From: a virus
Length of the DNA: 64,000 nucleotides
Virus record (IMG/VR): IMGVR_UViG_3300021964_000023
Coordinates: 32,001 to 96,000 of that record
Direction: 5' to 3' (one strand)
The notes beneath the pieces are model-generated. The model saw only the letters and a program-made list of their open reading frames with translations, did not search any database and was not told the origin of the DNA. A program made the position numbers and the translations under genes. This document shows, piece after piece, positions 47,120 to 56,793 of this stretch (within the stretch, counting starts at the first letter, position 1; each line of letters opens with the position of its first letter).

Positions 47120-48094
47120 ATGGATTTCGTTGACGTTAGGTTCATCAACCTAATATCCACCAGACTGCCAAAATTTAAGAGGGTCAAACCTGATCTCTAC
47201 AACTTCAGGTGCCCTATCTGCGGAGATTCCGAGAAGACAAAAAATAAAGCGCGTGGATACCTTTACAGGATAAAGACCAATACAAATTACAAATGTCATA
47301 ACTGTGGTATCAGTTTGTCATTTAATAATTTCTTGAAGCAAGTAGATCCTTCTCTTCACAAAGAGTACACTCTTGAGAAGTTTAAAGAGGGTCACACTGG
47401 TAAGAACTTTGTTGCCAAAGAACCTAAGTTTGAGTTTGAGAAACCAAAGTTTAAGAAGACACTAAAGATCGGGTTACCTAAAGCATCCTCAAATGAGGAT
47501 GCCAAGAAATATCTTGAAAATAGAAAACTTGATCCTGATAAATTTTATTATACGGATAAGTTCAAAGAGTGGACTAATTCTAAAGTTCATACTTTTGATG
47601 ATCTCACCTATGATGAACCAAGGATTATCATTCCTTTGATTTATAAAGATGAGTTTATTGGATACCAAGGAAGATCCCTAGGTCCAAGCAAGGTTAAATA
47701 CATTACCGTAATGTTGAATGATGACGCACCAAAAATCTATGGACTTGATACAATCAGAGGAGATGCTCCAGTCTTCGTTACAGAAGGACCTTTCGACAGC
47801 ACGCTCATACGGAATTCGATTGCTATGTGCGGAGCTGATGCTGATGTTAGTCGTTGGGGGGTTGACAATCCTATCTATATCTACGATAACGAACCTAGAA
47901 ATAAAGAAATTGTCAACAGAATCAGTAAAACCATCGACAGAGGTTATCAAGTAGTTATTTGGCCAGATCACATCAATGTAAAAGATATAAATGATATGGT
48001 AATGTCTGGACTTGATGTGCAAAACCTGGTAGAATCTAATATCTATAGCGGACTACAAGCAAAGCTAAAGTTTACAAACTGGAAAAAAATATGA
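47120..48094 (+). CDS. gp61: DNA primase
   Basis: RCPICGDS..CHNC zinc finger, EGPFDS, DNEPRN, KDINDM. Confidence 0.97.
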   Translation: MDFVDVRFINLISTRLPKFKRVKPDLYNFRCPICGDSEKTKNKARGYLYRIKTNTNYKCHNCGISLSFNNFLKQVDPSLHKEYTLEKFKEGHTGKNFVAKEPKFEFEKPKFKKTLKIGLPKASSNEDAKKYLENRKLDPDKFYYTDKFKEWTNSKVHTFDDLTYDEPRIIIPLIYKDEFIGYQGRSLGPSKVKYITVMLNDDAPKIYGLDTIRGDAPVFVTEGPFDSTLIRNSIAMCGADADVSRWGVDNPIYIYDNEPRNKEIVNRISKTIDRGYQVVIWPDHINVKDINDMVMSGLDVQNLVESNIYSGLQAKLKFTNWKKI

Positions 48095-50388
48095 GCAACG
48101 GTATTAAGGTAGTTAAGCGTTCAGGTCAAATTGAACCCATTGACCTAGAGAAGATGCACAAGATGGTTGACGCCGCTTGTGAGGGTCTTGCAGGGGTCTC
48201 TGCGAGTCAAGTTGAGATCCAGTCTGGTATTCAGTTTTATGATGGTATTACAACGGGTGAGATTCAAGAGATCTTGATTCGCTCTGCAAGTGATCTTATT
48301 GATTTGGATCATCCTAATTATCAGTTTGTAGCAGCACGTCTTTTGCTTTTTTCTATACGCAAATCTGTGTATGGTAAGATGCGCGATCTTCCAGATCTTC
48401 TTTCCCACATCAAAGAGTGCATCAATCGCGGTATCTACGATGCAGAAGTCCTAGATAAGTATGGTGAGGATGAACTTGAAAAAACTAATTCCTATATTGA
48501 TCATCATCGTGACTTCCTGTTCACTTATGCAGGTCTACGTCAGGTCGTTGACAAGTACCTCGTGCAAGATCGCAGCACTGGAAAGGTTTACGAGTCGCCA
48601 CAATTTATGTACATGATGATCGCCCTGACGATCTTCCAGGATTACCCCAAAGAGACGAGACTCAATTATGTCCGAAGATACTACGACGCAATCAGCAAGC
48701 ACAAAATCAACATTCCCACACCTATCATGGCGGGAGTGCGAACTCCACTTCGACAATTTGCTAGCTGTGTGCTTGTTGACGTTGATGACACCCTCGATTC
48801 TATCTTTAGCTCTGATATGGCTATTGGCAGATACGTTGCACAAAGGGCGGGAATCGGTATCAACGCAGGCAGAATCCGTGGCATCAACGCTAAAATCAGA
48901 GGCGGAGAAGTTCAACACACAGGTGTTGTACCATTCCTCAAAAAATTTGAGAGCACTGTCCGATGCTGCACTCAAAATGGCATTCGAGGCGGAAGCGCGA
49001 CTGTCCACTTCCCAATCTGGCACCAAGAAATCGAAGACATCATCGTCCTAAAAAATAATAAAGGAACTGAGGATAACCGAGTTCGTAAACTAGACTACAG
49101 TATTCAAATTAGCAAACTGTTCTATGAGCGGTTCATTAAAGATGGGGAAATCACTCTCTTCTCTCCACACGACGTTCCTGGTCTTTATGATGCTTTTGGT
49201 ACTGATCGATTTGACGATCTATATGTGGGTTATGAACGAGATCAATCTGTTCCTCGCAAGACTATCGGAGCTCAAAAACTGATCATGGATCTCCTGAAGG
49301 AGAGAGCAGAGACTGGTCGTATTTACATCATGAATATTGATCACTGCAACAGTCACTCTTCCTTCAAGGATAAGGTGAACATGAGTAATCTATGCCAGGA
49401 AATTACTCTACCTACAGACCCCCTTCAGCATATCGATGGTGAGGGCGAGATTGCTCTTTGTATCTTGTCTGCGGTTAATGTTGGTAAAGTTAAGTCTGAT
49501 CATGAACTAGAAGAACTTTGTGATCTGTCTGTTCGTGGACTTGAAGAACTGATTGATTATCAGAAGTATCCCATCCTTGCAGCAGAACTTGCTACAAAGG
49601 CACGTAGATCGCTTGGAGTAGGTTTTATTGGACTGGCACACTATCTTGCCAAGTTGGGATATAATTACGCTGATCAAGAGGCATGGGACGCTGTTCATGG
49701 TCTGGCAGAATCCTTCCAGTATTACTTGCTGAAGTCTTCTAATCAGATTGCAAAAGAGAAGGGTGCATGTAGTGCATTCCCCCGTACTAAGTACGCCGAT
49801 GGAATTCTTCCTATCGATACATACAAAAAGGACGTAGACGAGATCACCAGCATTAAGTATGAGCATGATTGGGAGGGTCTTAGGAAGTCTATCCTGGAAC
49901 ACGGACTGCGACACAGCACATTGTCCGCACAAATGCCTTCAGAGAGCAGTTCCGTTGTGTCAAACGCAACCAATGGAATCGAACCACCTAGAGGATACCT
50001 GTCCATTAAAAAGAGTAAAAAAGGACCCCTTAAGCAGATTGTTCCGTCTTATTCGACGTTGAAGAACAACTATACTTTGCTTTGGGATATGCCAGACAAC
50101 ACTGGTTATATCAACGTTGTGTCTGTGATGCAAAAGTTCTTCGACCAAGCAATTAGTGGAAACTGGAGTTATAATCCAGAGAACTATCCTGATAGCGAGA
50201 TTCCAGTATCTGTTATGGCGGGTGATCTACTTAAAACTTATAAGTATGGTTGGAAGACTTCATACTATCAAAACACATATGATCTGAAGACTGATGAAGT
50301 CTCTGATGATAAAATTGATAAGTTGGAATCGTTACTAGCTGAACTGGATACTGCGGACGAAGAGGACTGTGAGTCCTGTAAAATTTAA
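48091..50388 (+). CDS. nrdA: Class Ia ribonucleotide reductase alpha subunit
   Basis: ATP cone VVKRSG, PTPIMAG, SNLCQEI, C-terminal CESC. Confidence 0.98.
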   Translation: MSNGIKVVKRSGQIEPIDLEKMHKMVDAACEGLAGVSASQVEIQSGIQFYDGITTGEIQEILIRSASDLIDLDHPNYQFVAARLLLFSIRKSVYGKMRDLPDLLSHIKECINRGIYDAEVLDKYGEDELEKTNSYIDHHRDFLFTYAGLRQVVDKYLVQDRSTGKVYESPQFMYMMIALTIFQDYPKETRLNYVRRYYDAISKHKINIPTPIMAGVRTPLRQFASCVLVDVDDTLDSIFSSDMAIGRYVAQRAGIGINAGRIRGINAKIRGGEVQHTGVVPFLKKFESTVRCCTQNGIRGGSATVHFPIWHQEIEDIIVLKNNKGTEDNRVRKLDYSIQISKLFYERFIKDGEITLFSPHDVPGLYDAFGTDRFDDLYVGYERDQSVPRKTIGAQKLIMDLLKERAETGRIYIMNIDHCNSHSSFKDKVNMSNLCQEITLPTDPLQHIDGEGEIALCILSAVNVGKVKSDHELEELCDLSVRGLEELIDYQKYPILAAELATKARRSLGVGFIGLAHYLAKLGYNYADQEAWDAVHGLAESFQYYLLKSSNQIAKEKGACSAFPRTKYADGILPIDTYKKDVDEITSIKYEHDWEGLRKSILEHGLRHSTLSAQMPSESSSVVSNATNGIEPPRGYLSIKKSKKGPLKQIVPSYSTLKNNYTLLWDMPDNTGYINVVSVMQKFFDQAISGNWSYNPENYPDSEIPVSVMAGDLLKTYKYGWKTSYYQNTYDLKTDEVSDDKIDKLESLLAELDTADEEDCESCKI

Positions 50389-50423
50389 ATCTTATAAATT
50401 AATTTACCTGGAGTAAGGAAGAA

Positions 50424-51623
50424 ATGCATCAATACGACTTTGTTGAATCAAAATCGATGAACTCTTCAACAGTACAAAAAAAACTTGAAGGCATGACAGT
50501 CTTCAATACCGAACAAGTTAATACTAAAAAGCAACCGATGTTCTTCGGTAAACCCCTAGGGGTTCAAAGATATGATTCGTACAAATACCCCGTATTTGAC
50601 AAACTGACTACTCAACAACTTGGATACTTCTGGAGACCAGAAGAAGTCTCTTTACAAAAGGACCGTGGAGATTATCAAACACTTCGCCCAGAACAAAAGC
50701 ATATCTATACCTCTAACCTCAAGTACCAGATTATGCTTGACTCCATTCAAGGGCGTGGTCCTGGGATGGCTTTTATTCCTTACTGCAGCTTACCTGAACT
50801 AGAGGCATGTATGGAGGTCTGGGGATTCATGGAGATGATCCACAGTCGCTCTTACACTTACATCATCAAGAACATCTATTCTGACCCCTCTGAGGTCTTT
50901 GATAAGATTGTTACTGATGATCGCATTCTAGAGCGTGCTAGTAGTGTCACACAGTCTTATGACGACTTCATCAACTCTGCACATCAATACGATAATGGTA
51001 CTATGTGGGAACTTGCCACAGAGGGTCATTATGCAGGAACCCTGGAGCGTCGTGAGTTGAAGCGTAAACTCTATAGGGCAGTGGCAAATGTTAACATACT
51101 GGAAGGCATTCGCTTTTATGTCAGTTTTGCTTGTTCTTTTGCATTTGGTGAACTCAAGCTTATGGAGGGATCCGCTAAGATCATCTCCCTTATTGCAAGA
51201 GACGAGAACCAACACCTGGCGATAACTCAGAACATTCTCAACAAGTGGCGTGATGGTGACGACAAAGAGATGCAGCAGATTGCTGCAGAAGAGGAAGAGT
51301 ATGTTTACTCTATGTTTGATCGTGCTGTGAATGAAGAGAAGAAGTGGGCGGACTATCTGTTCAAGGATGGATCAATGATTGGTTTGAATGATAAACTCCT
51401 TCAGCAGTATGTTGAGTGGATTGCTAATCGTCGCATGAAGGCGATTGGTCTAAAACCAGTCTATGATATTGCTGCTAAGAACAATCCCCTACCCTGGACA
51501 CAGCACTGGATCTCTTCTAAGGGTCTACAGGTTGCTCCCCAGGAGACTGAGGTAGAATCTTATGTTGTAAGTGGAATTAAACAAGATGTCAAAAAAGATA
51601 CCTTCTCAGGATTCCAACTCTGA
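50424..51623 (+). CDS. nrdB: Ribonucleotide reductase beta subunit
   Basis: FWRPEE, EMIHSRSY, LEGIRFYVSF, RDENQH. Confidence 0.98.
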   Translation: MHQYDFVESKSMNSSTVQKKLEGMTVFNTEQVNTKKQPMFFGKPLGVQRYDSYKYPVFDKLTTQQLGYFWRPEEVSLQKDRGDYQTLRPEQKHIYTSNLKYQIMLDSIQGRGPGMAFIPYCSLPELEACMEVWGFMEMIHSRSYTYIIKNIYSDPSEVFDKIVTDDRILERASSVTQSYDDFINSAHQYDNGTMWELATEGHYAGTLERRELKRKLYRAVANVNILEGIRFYVSFACSFAFGELKLMEGSAKIISLIARDENQHLAITQNILNKWRDGDDKEMQQIAAEEEEYVYSMFDRAVNEEKKWADYLFKDGSMIGLNDKLLQQYVEWIANRRMKAIGLKPVYDIAAKNNPLPWTQHWISSKGLQVAPQETEVESYVVSGIKQDVKKDTFSGFQL

Positions 51624-51768
51624 TTGGAAAATTGAGTATCTAGAAATGATGGGGACTCAACTCAATCCGTTCCAAAGACGATTACTTGAGGAAGGTCCCC
51701 ATAAACTTACAGATGCTTGGGCACTTCAAGCAATGAAGTATGATTGGAAGAGAAAAAATAATAAATAA
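51586..51768 (+). CDS. Small hypothetical protein
   Basis: WKIEYL..LEEGP..AWAL..MKYDW. Confidence 0.55.
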   Translation: MSKKIPSQDSNSDWKIEYLEMMGTQLNPFQRRLLEEGPHKLTDAWALQAMKYDWKRKNNK

Positions 51769-51795
51769 TATTATCAAATTAAGTATTTTTCCGTC

Positions 51796-52845
51796 ATGGA
51801 TTTTAGAACAATCAAAGAGGAATATAACAGCATTTATAAGACTGCTCCTCAGTATTTGTCTGAAGAGACTGAAGACCTGGAACTCATTGATGAAGAGTAT
51901 GAAGCAGAACTTGATGCTCTTGTTGATGAGGACCTTTTAGAGGAAGTTGTTCTTGAACTCCTTGATGAAGGATTGACAGGAGATCAGATTGTTGAAGCAT
52001 ATGAAGAATTGGTCGAAGCAAGAATCACTTCTGATGCTGGTCGCACTGGTGGTGGCGGTAAAGTAACTTCTGGATCTGGTTCTAGAATGGCGGCAGCATC
52101 TAGACTTTCTCGCATGAAGAGTGCTCAGAAGATTGCTAGAGCAAAAGAGAGAAAGGAAAAGGTAAAGAGTGCAGTAAATAAGGTAAAGGATACTGCAAGA
52201 AAGGCAGTTGATGAACCAGCAAGAAAGTATGCTGAAAAAAGAGGAGTAGTAAAGTCTAAGTCTGGAAAAACTTCTTTGGGTGGTGGATCTGGAATTGGAT
52301 CTGTAAAGTTTAAGCAGAAAACTTCTGCGGGGAGAAGAGAAGTTCGTAAGGCAGTTGCTAAGGACATTGGTGATAGAGCAAAGGCAAAGGCAGCACGCGG
52401 TGCTAAGAAGGCAGGTAGTGCTGCTAAGACCGCAGGTCTCGCTGCTGTAGGTGCTGGAGTAGCAGCAGGTAAGGCAGCAAAGGGTGCTGCAAGTTCTGCT
52501 AAGAAAGCAGCGGTGAAGAAGGCAGCATCTGCTGCAGTATCTGGATATGCTGCTGCTAAATCTGTTAAGGATAAGGCAACTGATGTAAAGAACAGAGCGA
52601 AGCAGGGAATCAAGAATAGAATTGCTCAAGCAAAGCGTAATGTTAAGGGTGCTGTTGGTAAAGCAGCACGTAAGGTTGCTGACAAGGCAGGTGGAGTCGC
52701 TTCTAGAATGGGTGAGGAGACCAATTATGATCTGGTCCTCAAGTACCTTTATATTGAAGGTTACGTAGAGACCCTGGAAGAAGCAGAAGTAATTATGGTT
52801 AACCTCTCAACAGAGGACGTTCAGGCAATTCTGGAAGACTGCTGA
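51796..52845 (+). CDS. Late protein with acidic termini and histone-H1-like K/A-rich core (putative internal virion protein)
   Basis: AATAAATA at 51760; KAA-rich core; EETNYDLVLKYL..EGY..LEEA. Confidence 0.7.
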   Translation: MDFRTIKEEYNSIYKTAPQYLSEETEDLELIDEEYEAELDALVDEDLLEEVVLELLDEGLTGDQIVEAYEELVEARITSDAGRTGGGGKVTSGSGSRMAAASRLSRMKSAQKIARAKERKEKVKSAVNKVKDTARKAVDEPARKYAEKRGVVKSKSGKTSLGGGSGIGSVKFKQKTSAGRREVRKAVAKDIGDRAKAKAARGAKKAGSAAKTAGLAAVGAGVAAGKAAKGAASSAKKAAVKKAASAAVSGYAAAKSVKDKATDVKNRAKQGIKNRIAQAKRNVKGAVGKAARKVADKAGGVASRMGEETNYDLVLKYLYIEGYVETLEEAEVIMVNLSTEDVQAILEDC

Positions 52846-52860
52846 ACTGAATAAATTGTT

Positions 52861-52889
52861 AAGAGACCCCCGAAAGGGGGTCTTTTTTT
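52861..52889 (+). terminator. Rho-independent terminator
   Basis: AGACCCCC-GAAA-GGGGGTCT followed by a T-run. Confidence 0.9.
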
Positions 52890-52918
52890 ATCTAAATATG
52901 GTAAAGTGGGTAATATGA

Positions 52919-53359
52919 ATGAGTAGTGACTATGAAAATCCTTGGATTTACATGGAACGAGCTTTTAATAGTGATGATGTTGGGGACTACTTTGGTTTTG
53001 TTTATGAAATTACCAATCTCCTCAACGGTAGACGTTACATTGGGAGAAAGTATTTTTGGTCGTTTAGAACACCAAAAGGAAAAAAACGTAAAGTAAAACA
53101 AGAATCTGATTGGAAAAAGTATTATGGGTCCTGTCCTGAACTTAAGGAAGACATTATCAAACTGGGCAAGCAAAACTTTAGCAGAACTATTATCAGCCTT
53201 CATAAAACGAAGGGCAAAACTAATTTCGAGGAAACCCGACAGTTATTCGGAAACAATGTCCTCACCGAGTCCCTTGACGACGGGACTCCACTCTTCTACA
53301 ATAGCAACATTCTCAGCAGGTACTACCGAAAAGACTACTATGGCAGAGACGACGACTGA
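52919..53359 (+). CDS. GIY-YIG-like endonuclease
   Basis: GFVYEITN..RRYIGRK, YYGS, E..L, YNSNI. Confidence 0.7.
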   Translation: MSSDYENPWIYMERAFNSDDVGDYFGFVYEITNLLNGRRYIGRKYFWSFRTPKGKKRKVKQESDWKKYYGSCPELKEDIIKLGKQNFSRTIISLHKTKGKTNFEETRQLFGNNVLTESLDDGTPLFYNSNILSRYYRKDYYGRDDD

Positions 53360-53537
53360 AGAACTTGTGAAGATGGTTAATGATTGGGCAGTTCATCGCA
53401 TTGAGAGTATGGTTAAGAGTAGTGATACTACTCAACGTCAGATTCAAGATGCTCTTGCTCTTACTGATGAGTTCAAGGAATGGTTTGAAGATGACGGATC
53501 ACCTGACATTGAGATTATGTCTATAGAGGAGTATTGA
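53340..53537 (+). CDS. Small hypothetical protein
   Basis: MAETTTEE..DALALTDEFKEW (3' part of the 53124 track ORF). Confidence 0.6.
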   Translation: MAETTTEELVKMVNDWAVHRIESMVKSSDTTQRQIQDALALTDEFKEWFEDDGSPDIEIMSIEEY

Positions 53538-53634
53538 TACCTAAATAATAAAATCCACCCAAGAGCAATACCTTGACAAGTCATAAGACACCATACTATA
53601 TTTTGGTTTGCTTATTGGATACCTAGCATTTTGC

Positions 53635-53826
53635 ATGACTAACTTAACTAGGGACGTTTTAATCAAAGCAGTTGTCGCAGATGAGATGAGGAGCGTCAAC
53701 GGCGATGTTTACACGGAGCAACTCAAAACCACATACCACAAGTGGGAGCACGCTTCAAGTTATGATCTCTGCATTAAGTACAATCAAATAAACAAAACAA
53801 AGATTACTGTTGATGCTTTGCAGTAA
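53635..53826 (+). CDS. Small hypothetical protein
   Basis: MTNLTRDVLIK..YHKWEH. Confidence 0.6.
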   Translation: MTNLTRDVLIKAVVADEMRSVNGDVYTEQLKTTYHKWEHASSYDLCIKYNQINKTKITVDALQ

Positions 53827-53853
53827 TAAATATAACTGCCTTGCATTCTACAA

Positions 53854-54165
53854 ATGGCAGATACAAAGCCCAAAGTAGATGAGAAGGAGCATGATGAAGA
53901 TAAGAGTGAAGTTCTTGGTAATTTGGTGAAAGTTGTAGTCCTTATTTGGTCTGCATCCCTTCTCACATTCTCATACGTTAGACTTCCTAACGGACAAAAG
54001 ATTTTAGATTTTGATCCAACATTCATCGCATCTGTGTTTTCTGGATCTTTAGCTGCGTTCGGACTCTCTCCTGCTAAAGCGGGTGGTGCTAACGGTAAGA
54101 CACAAGCGAAGAAGACTGAGGAACCCCCTGTAGTCTCAGCTATTGACAAACCAAAACAATCTTGA
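53854..54165 (+). CDS. Two-TM membrane protein (holin-like?)
   Basis: Two hydrophobic segments, DPTFIASVFSGSLAAFG; late box 53825-53832. Confidence 0.6.
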   Translation: MADTKPKVDEKEHDEDKSEVLGNLVKVVVLIWSASLLTFSYVRLPNGQKILDFDPTFIASVFSGSLAAFGLSPAKAGGANGKTQAKKTEEPPVVSAIDKPKQS

Positions 54166-54189
54166 TAAACTCGTAGGGTCCATTTGACA

Positions 54190-54753
54190 ATGGTTATGAA
54201 AATTTTTGCTATTGCTGCACTATTAGCAGTCGCAGGAAGTTCTGTACCAGGAGAAGAAACAAAAACTCCCGTGGAACTTCCTGTAATTCCTGCTACTTGG
54301 AAGTGTCCTGATTGCTCTCCTGCTGAACAATATGTTTTAGCGGAACTGCAGGAACACACCAAAATTGCTGATCGCAATGCCCTTGCAACTATTTTGGGTA
54401 ACATCAAACAAGAATCTAAATTCATCCCTAACATCTGTGAAGGTGGTGCTAGGGTAAACTATGAAAACTGCCATGTTGGTGGTTATGGTTTGATTCAGTG
54501 GACTTCTATTGGTCGGTATCGGAACCTTGGTAAGTTTGCTGATAAATACGAATGCAACCCCAGTACATTAGAGTGTCAGACTCGTTACATGATTAACGAG
54601 AGTACATTCCAACGTTACCTTCCTGAGTTTGAGGGAAGTGGACGAACTGTCTCTCAATATATGGTTCCTGCCTATTATTGGTTAGGATGGGGCATTAAGG
54701 GTAATAGAGAATTGTATGCTTACGATTACACTAAAAAGATGGTTTTGTCATGA
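54190..54753 (+). CDS. Phage lysozyme-like cell-wall hydrolase with signal peptide
   Basis: ILGNIKQES, GYGLIQWT; N-terminus MKIFAIAALLAVAG. Confidence 0.7.
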   Translation: MVMKIFAIAALLAVAGSSVPGEETKTPVELPVIPATWKCPDCSPAEQYVLAELQEHTKIADRNALATILGNIKQESKFIPNICEGGARVNYENCHVGGYGLIQWTSIGRYRNLGKFADKYECNPSTLECQTRYMINESTFQRYLPEFEGSGRTVSQYMVPAYYWLGWGIKGNRELYAYDYTKKMVLS

Positions 54754-55217
54754 TTCAAAAAGTACTTAATTCGATTAAAGGAGTTTTTATTCCTAAGTCG
54801 GAATTTGAAGAATCTGAGACCCAGACCAGTCTTCTGAAGAAAAAAGCAGAACATTTCAAAGTTGAATGTGCTGTTGATGGTGAAGTAGTTCCTTGTTCTG
54901 AGATCAAAACTACACCATATACTGGTGTTCCTGCTCCCGCATATCTTGCAGAAGATCCTTGGTTCGGTCCTGCTCAAGTGTATACTGATACGCAAAAGGA
55001 CTACATGTCAATTGAAGCAGAGTATATGCAGCAGAAAAAAGAGTCATCCTCTAGTGTAGAGTCTGAAGACATACATGAGATGATGTATCAAATCGCCACA
55101 CGAACTGGTAGTCCAACTACACTTCAGTTGGATCCTCCTGGTGGTTCTGAGAACTTCCATGAAGGACCTGGTGGATGGCAATCGGGTAATGGTTACAATC
55201 AATTTCGCAAAGACTGA
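54750..55217 (+). CDS. Hypothetical protein
   Basis: ATGA-coupled 155-aa ORF. Confidence 0.65.
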   Translation: MIQKVLNSIKGVFIPKSEFEESETQTSLLKKKAEHFKVECAVDGEVVPCSEIKTTPYTGVPAPAYLAEDPWFGPAQVYTDTQKDYMSIEAEYMQQKKESSSSVESEDIHEMMYQIATRTGSPTTLQLDPPGGSENFHEGPGGWQSGNGYNQFRKD

Positions 55218-55220
55218 AAA

Positions 55221-55394
55221 ATGAGCAACGTACCTACAGGAGCACTTAACGATTGGGGTCATAATGACCTTGAGGGATTCGCTAACTATATCGGGTCCCC
55301 CGTGCAGCACATCAAAGATCTTGCCAAAAAAAATCAAGATGCAATAGAACAAGCAAAATCAGAAAAGGCGGTTGACGAACAGGAGACTGCCTGA
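55221..55394 (+). CDS. Small hypothetical protein (57 aa)
   Basis: Hand-read ORF MSNVPTGALNDWGHNDL... Confidence 0.45.
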   Translation: MSNVPTGALNDWGHNDLEGFANYIGSPVQHIKDLAKKNQDAIEQAKSEKAVDEQETA

Positions 55395-55400
55395 TATAAT
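55372..55400 (+). promoter_or_regulatory. sigma70-type promoter for tRNA-Arg/Ala
   Basis: TTGACG-N17-TATAAT. Confidence 0.75.
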
Positions 55401-55409
55401 AAACACATT

Positions 55410-55483
<74 letters not shown>

Positions 55484-55487
55484 CCTT

Positions 55488-55560
55488 GGGGAATTAGCTC
55501 ATTCGGTAGAGCGCCTGCTTTGCAAGCAGGAGGCGAGCGGTTCGATCCCGCTATTCTCCA
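55488..55560 (+). tRNA. tRNA-Ala(UGC)
   Basis: GGGGAAT/ATTCTCC with G3:U70, CCTGC-TTTGCAA-GCAGG. Confidence 0.95.
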
Positions 55561-55562
55561 TT

Positions 55563-56255
55563 ATGTACTACTTCCCAGACACTGAATACGTTTACTCAAG
55601 TCTTATGAGTGGGTTTTTTAAACAGGAAGAAGTTAATCCTGCACTAAACATTCTTAACCTTAACTACGAAAAAGTTAGGGATGAGTATGAATCCGTTGAA
55701 AATCAACTGGTCTATACTAACTGGCATAGTAACAACGCATATAACACCATTGAAAAAAATCCATATGAAGGATGGAAAGTTGCTGCGATGTATGCAAAGT
55801 ATCATCCAACAATGGAGTCTAGACTTCCTGAATTGGAAAAAATGTATGATCAGAGAGTATATCTTGATCCCCAAAGGGGAATTGCCTATACAGAGAATGC
55901 TAAAAAACTACCAACACTATTCAACCTGTGCTATGAAGCAGGACTACGTGTCCGTGTTGGTGTAAGTGTTCTTGAACCTGAAAAGGTTATTGATTGGCAT
56001 ACTGATCCAGATCCTACTCTTGATGATGATATGATTATTAGGGGTCTATGGGGAATAAAAGTTAATCCACAGAATCAAGAGACTTGCCAGATCATGCTCA
56101 ATAGTAAAGTTGATGGCGTGATCAATGAAGTGATGATGAACAATAGGATGCACTTCTTCTGGGGAAGAACTCAGCATCATGTATTCAATAATTTGACTAC
56201 TCCTAGAGTTTGTCTCTGTTTTGATAATATTGTTCCTCGACAGAATCTTCTCTAA
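55563..56255 (+). CDS. Asp/Asn beta-hydroxylase-like 2OG oxygenase
   Basis: VLEPEKVIDWHTD, HHVFN..RVCLCFD. Confidence 0.72.
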   Translation: MYYFPDTEYVYSSLMSGFFKQEEVNPALNILNLNYEKVRDEYESVENQLVYTNWHSNNAYNTIEKNPYEGWKVAAMYAKYHPTMESRLPELEKMYDQRVYLDPQRGIAYTENAKKLPTLFNLCYEAGLRVRVGVSVLEPEKVIDWHTDPDPTLDDDMIIRGLWGIKVNPQNQETCQIMLNSKVDGVINEVMMNNRMHFFWGRTQHHVFNNLTTPRVCLCFDNIVPRQNLL

Positions 56256-56280
56256 ATAGTAAACAACCGAAAAAGTGTAT

Positions 56281-56493
56281 ATGCGACAGTCACTAATATT
56301 AGCGGCATGTTTAGCACCACTTGGATTGATCTTTATTATTATGAAACTTGCTGTTTGGATGTCTGCTGTCAATACTGAACAGGATTATGTCAGACAAGAA
56401 CCTTTACGAAAACGAGGACCCTTTGTGGCAAACCCATATGAGGACGTTGATGCAGAGGAAGAAGAATATGGAAATCGCACAGACTATAGATGA
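56281..56493 (+). CDS. Small membrane protein
   Basis: N-terminal hydrophobic segment, acidic C-terminus. Confidence 0.55.
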   Translation: MRQSLILAACLAPLGLIFIIMKLAVWMSAVNTEQDYVRQEPLRKRGPFVANPYEDVDAEEEEYGNRTDYR

Positions 56494-56614
56494 TGCCCTA
56501 GAGGAGTATTATAGCGAGAAGGGTTTACCTGTTCCAAACTGGAAAAGGAATAAAGATCCTCAGTGGTGGACTGATTACTTAAATGGATTAGGTATTGACA
56601 AGGACAATTCTTAG
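56468..56614 (+). CDS. Small hypothetical protein
   Basis: MEIAQTIDDAL..PVPNWK..KDPQWW. Confidence 0.55.
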   Translation: MEIAQTIDDALEEYYSEKGLPVPNWKRNKDPQWWTDYLNGLGIDKDNS

Positions 56615-56623
56615 TGTTATACT
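56595..56623 (+). promoter_or_regulatory. sigma70-type promoter for tRNA-Asn/Val
   Basis: TTGACA-N17-TATACT. Confidence 0.75.
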
Positions 56624-56633
56624 TTCCACATAA

Positions 56634-56705
56634 TCCTCTTTAGTTCAGCGGTAGAACGAACGACTGTTAATCGTTAAGTCCCTGGTTCGATCCCAGGAAG
56701 GGGAG
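56634..56705 (+). tRNA. tRNA-Asn(GUU)
   Basis: TCCTCTT/AAGGGGA, AACGA-CTGTTAA-TCGTT. Confidence 0.95.
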
Positions 56706-56709
56706 CCTT

Positions 56710-56781
56710 GCTGGATTAGCTCAGCGGTAGAGCATCTCGTTTACACCGAGGCGGTCGGCGGTTCGATCCCGTCATCCAGCA
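56710..56781 (+). tRNA. tRNA-Val(UAC)
   Basis: GCTGGAT/ATCCAGC, CTCG-TTTACAC-CGAG. Confidence 0.95.
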
Positions 56782-56793
56782 TAGAATAAAATT

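Noticed and set aside
25795-51623. Introns or inteins in gp43, uvsX, gp41, gp61, nrdA, nrdB
   Set aside because: All are continuous and of ordinary length, with no splicing motifs seen
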